Origin: an uncultured Phycisphaerales bacterium
GTDB taxonomy: Bacteria; Planctomycetota; Phycisphaerae; Tepidisphaerales; Tepidisphaeraceae
Length of the DNA stretch: 64,000 bases
NCBI GenBank assembly: GCA_963844715.1
Contig: CAWJPJ010000006.1
Span: forward strand, 1,056,001 to 1,120,000
Direction: 5' to 3'
Of the stretch, positions 30,963 to 39,220 are shown one piece after another. A program made the position numbers and the translations under genes. Position 1 is the stretch's first letter. Each line of letters starts with the position of its first letter. A model generated the notes under the pieces. The model had not been told where the DNA came from and ran no database searches. It saw nothing but the letters and a program-made list of their open reading frames with translations.

Positions 30963-32744
30963 TCACTTCCGTTTTTTCTTCACGAACGATCGAAGCTGAG
31001 CGAGAGACATGCAGTTGATGACGTCGCCGGCGCTTGCCCAGGCGCGCCGGGCCACGAAGAGGCCGAACTGCATCGCGGATAATCCCTCGACGCTGTGGGC
31101 ATCGGTGTCGATGGCAAGCTTCACGCCCGCCGAGAGCGCGGCCTTGGCGTTCACGTCGTTCAAATCCAGTCGCGGCCAGCTACCGTTAATCTCCATCGCC
31201 GTGCCGGAATCCGCGGCGGCTTTGAAAATCCTTTCGAAATCGAACGTCAGGCCCTCGCGCTCGAAAATCAATCTGCCGGTGGGGTGACCGATGATGTTGA
31301 CGTACGGATTCCCTATGGCGCGCAGCAGTCGATCGGTAGCCTTATCGGCCGGCTGCTTGAGGGCGACGTGGGGGCTGGCGACGACGAAATCCAATTCGGC
31401 CAGAACCGAATCCTCGAAATCGAGATGGCCGTCGGCGAGGATGTCCACCTCGCAACCGGCCAGGAGCGTGATGCCCTTGAGACGGTCAGAAACGCGGCGA
31501 ATTTCGGCGGCGTGTTTCAGCAGGCGCTCGGCGGACAGCCCGTTGGCGATCACCTGCGTTTTGGAATGATCCGTGATGGCGAGGAATTCATAGCCGAGCT
31601 TGAGGGCGGCCTCGGCCATCTGCTCGATCGTCGCCTGCCCGTCGGAGGCGGTCGTGTGGCAATGCAAATCGCCGCGAATTTCCGAGAGTTTTATGAGTTT
31701 CGGGAGCTTTCCGGCGGCGGCCGCTTCGACCTCGCCGCGATCCTCGCGCAGCTCGGGGTCGATCCATTCGAGGTCTAGTTTTTTGTAAACCTCGTCCTCG
31801 GTTTTGGCCGCGACGGGTTTGATCGACGGCGCTTCGCCCGGCTCTTTTTTTGATTTCTCGTATTCGGACAGCTTGTACAGACCCCATTCGTTCAGCGTCA
31901 TCTTCATGGATAGCGCCAGGCCGCGCAGGCGAACATTGTGCTCCTTCGATCCGGTGAAGTGGAGGAGGGTCGCGCCGAAATTCGCCGGGGGGACGATCCG
32001 CAGATCGACCTGGGCGTCGCCCGTGACGATGCTGGCCTTTGCGATTCCCTGGGCGAGGATGCGCTTCACTTCCGGGAATTTCACGAAAGCATCGGAGACG
32101 ACCTTGGCGGCAGATTCATCGCGGACGGCGCAGACGAGATCGAGATCGCCCACGGTTTCGCGGCGCCGCCGGAGACTTCCGGCGGCCTCGGCGGCCAGCA
32201 CGCCTGGTAAACTCCGCAGGCGCTCGACGAAATTCTGGGCGATCGCCATCGCGGCGACGAGCCCGATTCGCTTCCCCGCCTCGGCGCGCAGAGCCAGGCC
32301 CTGTCGTATGAGATCGATTTTCTTCTCCCCCATTTTCGGCAGACCCGCCAATCGCCCGGCCTCGATCGCCTTGGCGAGGTCGTCGCATGACGTGACCTTC
32401 AATTCTTTCCACAGCAGCGCGATAGTCTTGGGCCCCAGATTCGGAATCGAGAGCATCGGAATCAGCCCCTCGGGAACCCCGGCGGCGACTTCCTCAAAAT
32501 CCTTGCTGCGGCCGGTGCGGATAAAATCCTCGATGATGCGCTGGCTCGAGGGGCCGATCCCATCGATGTCTTTGAGGGTCCCATCTTCGACGGCCTTGCG
32601 AAGATCGATGGTGCTGTCCTTGATGATGCGGGAGACTTTGGAGAAGGCGATCGCCTTGAAGACGTTTTCCCCTTTGATGTCCATCAGAGCCGCGAACGTG
32701 CGGAAGAGTTCGGAGAGATCGCCGTTGAGGGACATGGCGGACAA
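30963..32744 (-). CDS. polX: DNA polymerase X / PHP 3'-5' exonuclease
   Basis: HhH motifs, AGSLRRRRETVGDLD, HFTGSKEHN, GDLHCHT, TDHS, HPTGR, DTDAH. Confidence 0.95.
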   Translation of the reverse strand: MSAMSLNGDLSELFRTFAALMDIKGENVFKAIAFSKVSRIIKDSTIDLRKAVEDGTLKDIDGIGPSSQRIIEDFIRTGRSKDFEEVAAGVPEGLIPMLSIPNLGPKTIALLWKELKVTSCDDLAKAIEAGRLAGLPKMGEKKIDLIRQGLALRAEAGKRIGLVAAMAIAQNFVERLRSLPGVLAAEAAGSLRRRRETVGDLDLVCAVRDESAAKVVSDAFVKFPEVKRILAQGIAKASIVTGDAQVDLRIVPPANFGATLLHFTGSKEHNVRLRGLALSMKMTLNEWGLYKLSEYEKSKKEPGEAPSIKPVAAKTEDEVYKKLDLEWIDPELREDRGEVEAAAAGKLPKLIKLSEIRGDLHCHTTASDGQATIEQMAEAALKLGYEFLAITDHSKTQVIANGLSAERLLKHAAEIRRVSDRLKGITLLAGCEVDILADGHLDFEDSVLAELDFVVASPHVALKQPADKATDRLLRAIGNPYVNIIGHPTGRLIFEREGLTFDFERIFKAAADSGTAMEINGSWPRLDLNDVNAKAALSAGVKLAIDTDAHSVEGLSAMQFGLFVARRAWASAGDVINCMSLAQLRSFVKKKRK

Positions 32745-32859
32745 CTTAACTGCCGACGCGGAAATCGGAAAGAAAAATGAACCCCTCCCTGCTTCCGTTT
32801 GACGGGAGAGGGAGGGGTCACCTTACCACTTTCGGACGATCGTGTAGAGTTATTATCGA

Positions 32860-33837
32860 TTACAATTGCGCATCGGCGCCGCGTCGGCGCGGGCGGCGCA
32901 GGCCGCACATCGTCGCCAGTCCCATGACCGCCACGCTTACCGAGGCCGGCTCGGGGACGTCCTCGAGCGTCCAGTTCAAGCTGAGCGATTCGGAGGAGCC
33001 GGATTGCCCGCAAGGCGCCAGAGTCGTGTCCCATTCGAATGCGTAGGTGACGTTGCCCTGCGTCGACGGATTGGGCTGGAAGTCGCTCAGATGCCCGAAT
33101 GACGGGCTCGTTATTTCGTTGAGAATCGTCGAATTGCTCAATTCTCCCTCGTAAGACGACGGATTCGGAGTCGAGGGTTGATTCTGAAACGTGACGCCGG
33201 TGCCGCCGTCGGTCTGTGTCGCCGTGTTGATCGGCGAGCCGGAGAAGGCAATCGTATCGTTGTTCGGCGTGTTGTTCAGATCGAAATCGCAGTATTCAAC
33301 CAGGGTCAGCGGAATCGACGTCGACGACTTGTTCGCCGCCGTGACCGTGAAGCTCATTCCGGCCCCGTTGGTCTGGCTGTTCAGGTCGTACACATTTTCG
33401 ATAGTGAACTGATTTGTGGACAAATACTCGCCCGTATAGGTGACATCCAGGGTGCTTGTCGAACTGGTGAGGCTCGTTTGCGAAAGCGTCGAGACCGACG
33501 CCGTGGCGCCCGAGGTCGCGCTCGTGCGGAAATAAACCTGCTGCTGGTTGACCTGTTGCGTGCCGTTAATGATCAGGCTGTCCAAACCCACGCTCGATCC
33601 GGTATTGATCTGCGCTGTGACGGTAGGACTCGAAGCGGACAGGTTGACGACATCCCCCTGCGCCGGGAGGGAAGTAAGAGTGAACGCCGCGGCGGCGGCC
33701 GTGGCCGATGCCACGGCGGCCGCACGCCGCAAGGCGTCTCTTCGCTCTCCTACCAACCCTAAGTAGCTCGGTAAGCAAATCAGCTTTCGCGTGGCATCCA
33801 CGAAGCCGTTATCTGACTTTTTAATGACGACGGGCAT
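32860..33837 (-). CDS. PEP-CTERM surface protein (start uncertain)
   Basis: SD GAGGAG; Ala-rich signal ending AQG; VPEPASVSVAVMGLATMCGLRRPRRR. Confidence 0.9.
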   Translation of the reverse strand: MPVVIKKSDNGFVDATRKLICLPSYLGLVGERRDALRRAAAVASATAAAAAFTLTSLPAQGDVVNLSASSPTVTAQINTGSSVGLDSLIINGTQQVNQQQVYFRTSATSGATASVSTLSQTSLTSSTSTLDVTYTGEYLSTNQFTIENVYDLNSQTNGAGMSFTVTAANKSSTSIPLTLVEYCDFDLNNTPNNDTIAFSGSPINTATQTDGGTGVTFQNQPSTPNPSSYEGELSNSTILNEITSPSFGHLSDFQPNPSTQGNVTYAFEWDTTLAPCGQSGSSESLSLNWTLEDVPEPASVSVAVMGLATMCGLRRPRRRGADAQL

Positions 33838-33839
33838 GA

Positions 33840-34235
33840 TCTCTCCTCAATACACCGACTCCAGAATCATCCTGCGCCGGCCTGATACTCAGACGAGCGC
33901 GCCTTTCCGATCGGCGCGGACATTCCCTGCGCCTTTACCGGCGCCTTTCGAAGCCACGCTTACTTCGGAATTTCTTTCCGTCGGCTGGCTCGTCGCGCCC
34001 ACACGAACGCCTACGCCCTTGCCGCACGCCCGGCCTCTTCGTTCCCGCGCCTTCTTGATCCAGGCGCGTTCGGCCGAGATTCACTTTTATGCCTCCCCGA
34101 CAGCTTTCGCCGCCGCGGAAGTCTTTATCTTCCATGTCGAATTGCGCACTCCTGCGCCATCCGTTACAAATCGCCATCCATGGCTACTCTCGTTTACACC
34201 CGCCGAAGTGCTACGCTTCGGCAATGTTGATATTC
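33840..34235 (-). ncRNA. GGA-rich structured intergenic RNA / leader (CsrB/RsmZ-like candidate)
   Basis: About 13 GGA motifs on the transcribed strand against 3 on the other, several in hairpin loops. Confidence 0.45.
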
Positions 34236-34239
34236 ATTC

Positions 34240-35201
34240 TTATGCTTCGGCGACCTGGGCCGTGCGCGGATCAGGGTCTTCGTCGCGGCGACGCGGCCGA
34301 GAGAAGAATATTCCGCCCAAGCCAAGGAGCGCCATCGCGCTGGTCGGTTCGGGAACCGACCGGACCTGCTTATCGACGGTGACCAGATAAGACTGACCCG
34401 GCACAAGTTCACGTCCCATTGGAACGCCCACTCGGCGTCGACATCGCTTAGACTGGTCGGACCGCTCAAATTCAGATTTGATGTTCCTTCGAGGGCGCTC
34501 AGCAGGCTCGTGGCGTTGCCTGCGGCATATTCGGATGCCTTCCCACTGACCACCGTCTGGCTCAATTCGCCTGGCGCGGAAACCGTCGCGGTATTGTTAC
34601 CGGTGAGACTCACTGACTCACCCAACGCTTTCCCGCCAAGGGTCAAATTCGCATAATCGAACAAGTGATAGTTCAGGCTATTTGTCGTTGACGTATTGAT
34701 CACTTTCATGGTTTCGCTGATGTCCGAAACGCCGGAGCCGGTTTGACCGCCGGTGACCATATAGGTGATGCTCAGTTGGAAGGCCTGGGCGACATCCGTA
34801 TAGGTTGCGTTCAGCCAGTTATCGCTCCCGCCGTTGGTGGACATTTCTGTCACCGAGGAGAGGGGGACGTTGTTGATTTCAGACTGCGCGCCGGTGCCGA
34901 CGCGATACCACCACGACTGTTGTTGCAACTGGTTCGTGCCATCGACGGTCCAGTTGTACATGCCGTCGGAATTGGTGGGATCGATCGAGACTGACGTGTT
35001 TCCGTTGGTGAGTGTGTACCCTGTTGGGACAGCGATGGCCGGTACGGCCGCGGCTCCAAGGAGCGAGGCAACTGCGGTAGCGGCCGCCAACATGATCTGT
35101 TTGCTCTTCGTCATGATTGCTCCCCGTCGCTCTGGAACAGTGAGCGCGCTGGACCCAAGCCCGTTGCACCCTAAATCACATTTAGAATTGAAGGTCTTCA
35201 C
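34240..35201 (-). CDS. PEP-CTERM surface protein, paralog of 32860..33837 (frameshift near 34405)
   Basis: Signal peptide; shared motifs (GTNQLQQQSWWYR vs GTQQVNQQQVYFR; WAFQWD vs YAFEWD); VPEPTSAMALLGLGGIFFSRPRRR. Confidence 0.9.
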
Positions 35202-35295
35202 AGCACTTCTCCCTAAAAGCTTCGGCTTGGGCCCAGCGGCCCCTGACTCTCGCTACAACCGATCTCAACCATTCACACAAACCAACCAATTCGGA

Positions 35296-35739
35296 TTACA
35301 TGCCTGCCGTTCGGTTACGCCCGAACTGCGGCTGCTCGGCGCCGTCGAACTTGCCATTCAGGACGTTGGCGATGGCATGTTCGCGCAAACGAGCGGTCAG
35401 ATTCAGCAATTCGCCGGTCGTGGGCGTGGTGTCGAAGAGCGTTGTCGCTCCGAACATCCGCGCCGTGACTTCCTGCTGTTCCGAAACCGGTCCGCCGACA
35501 AGCGCCCACTTCTGATGGGGCCATGCCGTCTTCAGGTGACGCAGGAAATCCCACGCCGCCATATCCGGCAGCTTCAGTCCGACCATCAGGAAGTCGAAGC
35601 TGAGCATGCGAAGCATGTCGATGGCGCGGTGCCCACTGTGCACCGACTGGAAGTTGAGCAACGCGGAACGACCCACTTTCGCGGGCGGATCCACGCAGAT
35701 GCCCAACACGGCAACTTGATCCTCTTGACTCTTGAACAT
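35296..35739 (-). CDS. Stand-alone atypical receiver (CheY-like) domain protein
   Basis: SGHRAIDMLR...FDFLMVGLKLPDM..WDFLRHLK; phospho-acceptor position is Gly; SD GAGG. Confidence 0.75.
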   Translation of the reverse strand: MFKSQEDQVAVLGICVDPPAKVGRSALLNFQSVHSGHRAIDMLRMLSFDFLMVGLKLPDMAAWDFLRHLKTAWPHQKWALVGGPVSEQQEVTARMFGATTLFDTTPTTGELLNLTARLREHAIANVLNGKFDGAEQPQFGRNRTAGM

Positions 35740-35820
35740 GACGAACCTCTTTGGTTGGCAGTGAGACGGCATCGATCGCTAACACAGCGCTCTTACCCGT
35801 CCCGTGATTCCGCCATGCCC

Positions 35821-35840
35821 TAAAGCGAGCCGCGTGCCGA
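35821..35840 (-). promoter_or_regulatory. Sigma-54 promoter
   Basis: Minus strand TCGGCACGCGGCTCGCTTTA (GG-N10-GC). Confidence 0.75.
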
Positions 35841-35948
35841 GTTGCCTTTTCGGAAAAAAGATTTTCACAACTCGTTGCGCGACACATGGATGGAACCTCG
35901 CCAGGCCAAGTCATGTTCAGAGACCACAAAAGTGGAAAAATGTTTATT

Positions 35949-36494
35949 TTAAACTGCGGCAAACGGGGCTTTTTTGCCGTAACTCGATTGCGCGCCGTGA
36001 GCAGGGCGCGATCGGGTTATTTCGAACTGGGGTGCTCGTTTTAACCGGTCGAAATTCGTGCCGGCGGCGGGCTCGGGGATATCGATTTCCGTCGAGACCG
36101 TTTCCGGCGCTGGCGTTTTTTGCGCACTGGCTTTGACGTCCGATAAAGTCTCCCAGCCGCAGACCTCCTGGATCGAGGGAGCAACATCAAAGAATGTGCA
36201 TGGGTTGAACATTCGCGCGGTGATCTCCTGATCCGTCGAAAGCGGGCTGCCGACGAGCGCCCACTTTTGCTGCGGCCAATTCGTCTTGATGTGACGGAGG
36301 AAATTCCAGATGGATATGTCAGGCAGGTTCAGGTTCACGAGCAGGAGGTCGCAGCGAACCAGGCGGAGCATGTCGATAGCCCGGCGGCCACTATCCACGG
36401 CGCGATAATCGAGGGCGCCGGATTGTCCCGTGAACGAAGCGGGCGTCACGCAAACACCTAAAACCGTGCCTCGCTCCTGTTGCTTCTTAAACAT
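35949..36494 (-). CDS. Stand-alone atypical receiver domain protein, paralog of 35296..35739
   Basis: SGRRAIDMLR...CDLLLVNLNLPDI; acceptor position is Asn; shared WPxQKWALVG and QExTARMF. Confidence 0.75.
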   Translation of the reverse strand: MFKKQQERGTVLGVCVTPASFTGQSGALDYRAVDSGRRAIDMLRLVRCDLLLVNLNLPDISIWNFLRHIKTNWPQQKWALVGSPLSTDQEITARMFNPCTFFDVAPSIQEVCGWETLSDVKASAQKTPAPETVSTEIDIPEPAAGTNFDRLKRAPQFEITRSRPAHGAQSSYGKKAPFAAV

Positions 36495-36574
36495 GTGAAC
36501 CTCGCGTCGAAATTTCCCCGAGTTAACCTCATTGCCGCGTGGCATTCGGCGTCACTCGTCGTTACGGGATACCC

Positions 36575-36594
36575 TAAAGCGACGCGCATGCCGA
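36575..36594 (-). promoter_or_regulatory. Sigma-54 promoter
   Basis: Minus strand TCGGCATGCGCGTCGCTTTA (GG-N10-GC); IHF-like TAACTATCTGATT at 36622. Confidence 0.72.
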
Positions 36595-36898
36595 CGCTTT
36601 CAGCGCCGAAAATATTTCAACTAACTATCTGATTTAAATAGAGTTAAGAATTTAAGGCGGGAGGCTCGCCGCGCTCCGAAATGGGCTCGATCAGGTTATT
36701 TTAACCGCCCGATAATGGTCGATGCATTACGTAACCATATGTCCACATTGATCTTACACTGAATAGTTTATTTTGACCTGTGGGGTTTGTTTTGATCCGC
36801 AAAGATCGGACCAAAGGATTCGCTCGGAAAAATGGGGCGAAACGGCGCACGGTTGAGATCGTGTTTGATGAATATCGAACTAACCCGAAACCTGGCAA

Positions 36899-36927
36899 TT
36901 GACGAAATCCGTATGGCATCGTATACC
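36899..36927 (+). promoter_or_regulatory. Putative sigma-70 promoter of imuABC
   Basis: TTGACG-17 bp-TATACC upstream of SD GAGG and the ATG at 36959. Confidence 0.5.
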
Positions 36928-36958
36928 CTAACTTATACCGAACATATGAGGTTTGCCC

Positions 36959-37682
36959 ATGCAGTTTGTATCGACTGCCGACGGCGCGCTGCGCATACAA
37001 AAAATGAGTTTGACGATTCCCGCTCGCCCGCCGGTGTGGAAGGAAAATTTATCGGCGCTGGCGGATCTTTTGCCGTGCGACGGGCTGCGCTGCGGGGCGG
37101 TGCATGAAATTCTGGGCGCGGCAGGAGCGTCGCCGTGGTCGTTTGCGCTCCTGCTGGCGCACGCCGCCGCGAACACCTCGGCGCGGCGGCGCGCGGTGGT
37201 GTGGTGCGATGCGCGCGGGGAATTGTTCCCCCCCGCCGTCGCGACGGCGCTGCCGCCGAGCCAGCTTTTTCTTTTGCGCGCTGCGCGATCCGCGGGATGA
37301 ATTATGGGCGATCGTGCAATCGCTACGCTGCCCCGCCGTCGCGGCGGCGGTCGCGTCGCCGATGCGCCTGGCGGACATCGAAGCGCGGCGGCTTCAGCTG
37401 GCCGCCGAGCAGGGAGGGGGTGTCGGCATCCTCCTGCGCCGCGACGATGATTCCTCCCGCGCACACTACGCCGCCGCCACGCGCTGGCTCGTCCGCCCGG
37501 CTCCCGGGGACGAATTTGTCCAGCGTTGGAGCGTCCAACTCATCCATGGTCACGGAGGACAAGTCGGAAAGACTATTTTTCTGGAGATTCCCCGTGACCT
37601 CTTCCGCCCAGATCATGTGCGCGCGGTTGGTTCATTGGCCGATCGATCGAGTGCTGCGTCGACGGCCCGAGCTTCAGCATGA
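36959..37682 (+). CDS. imuA: ImuA / RecA-like mutagenesis protein (frameshift near 37290)
   Basis: GLRCGAVHEI, VVWCD..GELFPPA, LWAIVQSLRCPAVAA, ARRLQLAAEQG; upstream of imuB and dnaE2. Confidence 0.88.
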
Positions 37683-39201
37683 GCCGCTGGCTCTGATCCA
37701 AACCGTCGCGTCGCGGCAGACCATCGCCGATCTTTGCCCACTGGCCGCATCGTCCGGTGTGGGCGTGGGCATGACCCTTGCCGAGGCTCGCGCCCTTTGC
37801 CCTCCCTTGCAAATTCTTCCCCGTGATCCGCAGCGAGATCATCATCAGCTCCTGGCGCTGGGGCGATGGCTGATCCGCTATGCGCCGGTTGTTTCGCCCT
37901 CGCCACCCGATGCGATTTTTATCGATTGCACAGGCTGCCGGCGGCTTTATGGGGATTGGAATGTCCTGCTGTCGCGCGTGGCCGGCGCGATGCGGCATCT
38001 GAATCTCCGCGCTCGCCTGGCGATGGCGCCTACTCCGGGCGCGGCGTGGGCGATCGCTTCTTACGGAAAATCCGGCAGTATCGTCCCATCGGAAAACCTG
38101 CGAGAAACTCTCTCGCCCCTCCCCCCCGCCGCTTTGCGAATCGATGCCGATTGCGCGGCGCTGCTGTCCGATTTGGGTGTCCAATCCATCGGACAATTGC
38201 GGAATCTTCCCCGGCAATCTCTCCCCGCGCGATTCGGAAGGGACTTGCTTCTCAAGCTCGACGCTGCCCTGGGCGAAATTCCCGAGCCGCTGAACGCTTT
38301 GCCTCACGACGGGCCCATCGCGGCGCATATCCGGTTCCCCGCGCCGATCGAAAATCTGGAAATCCTGGAACAGGCGCTGCGATTGCTCGTCAGCGGATTG
38401 ATCAAACAACTGGCGCATCGCGGCCTGGGGGCGCGGTCGCTCCGCGCCGATTTCCGGCCGGCGCACGCCCCGGCGATCGTCAAAACCATTCGCCTCTCCG
38501 CCCCCTCTCGCAACGCGCGGACCATGATGAATCTTCTCCGCTGCGTTTTGGAAACGGTTAAAAGCGAGGAGGGATTTATCGCGCTGGTCCTGGGGGCGCC
38601 GGTTTTCGAGCGGCTGTCCGATCCGCAGCTAACGCTGATGGATCACGAAGCACAGATCGCCGGAGACGAACTCGGGCGGTTGATCGAAATGCTCTGTGCG
38701 CGGCTTGGGCCGCAGGCAATCGTGCAGCCGGAGTTGATCGAATCGCATCTTCCCGAGCGGAGTTTCCGCCGCGTGGAAGCCAGGATCGAGACCAGCGCCG
38801 GTTCGGCGATCGCCGTGCGGGCCGCGCCGCTACGGCCGTTGCGTTTGTTTACACGTCCGTCGCCGATCGCGACGGTGGTGCGGCCGTGCGACGACGGCGC
38901 GGGGACGCCGGTGGCTTTCACGCATCAGGGTCAGGTGCATCGCCTGCGATATGCGGACGGGCCGGAGCACATCTGCGGGCTCTGGTGGGAGGGTAGCGAA
39001 AAGATGCGAGATTATTTCGACGTGGAAGACGAAAGCGGGCGAAGGTTTTGGATGTTCAGAATCTTCCCAGGCGGCCAGTGGTTTTTGCATGGGATTTTTT
39101 CAGTCGGCACACCCCCGCGCAGCTTTTTATTTAGCGGGCGTGCGCAGCACGCCGTGCGAATGACAATCGGCGTTCCCCCGCGTGCTACGCACACCCGCTA
39201 A
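37594..39201 (+). CDS. imuB: ImuB, inactive Y-family polymerase
   Basis: GMTLAEARALCP, YAPVVS, APTPGAAWA, SHLPER, GPEHICGLWW, RDYFDVEDESGRRFWMFR, WFLHG. Confidence 0.9.
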   Translation: MTSSAQIMCARLVHWPIDRVLRRRPELQHEPLALIQTVASRQTIADLCPLAASSGVGVGMTLAEARALCPPLQILPRDPQRDHHQLLALGRWLIRYAPVVSPSPPDAIFIDCTGCRRLYGDWNVLLSRVAGAMRHLNLRARLAMAPTPGAAWAIASYGKSGSIVPSENLRETLSPLPPAALRIDADCAALLSDLGVQSIGQLRNLPRQSLPARFGRDLLLKLDAALGEIPEPLNALPHDGPIAAHIRFPAPIENLEILEQALRLLVSGLIKQLAHRGLGARSLRADFRPAHAPAIVKTIRLSAPSRNARTMMNLLRCVLETVKSEEGFIALVLGAPVFERLSDPQLTLMDHEAQIAGDELGRLIEMLCARLGPQAIVQPELIESHLPERSFRRVEARIETSAGSAIAVRAAPLRPLRLFTRPSPIATVVRPCDDGAGTPVAFTHQGQVHRLRYADGPEHICGLWWEGSEKMRDYFDVEDESGRRFWMFRIFPGGQWFLHGIFSVGTPPRSFLFSGRAQHAVRMTIGVPPRATHTR

Positions 39202-39220
39202 ATAGATGTAAGGAACAAAA

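Noticed and set aside
37135..37593. N-terminal extension of the 688-aa imuB ORF
   Set aside because: Overlaps imuA in another frame; ImuB-like sequence starts near 37594-37615
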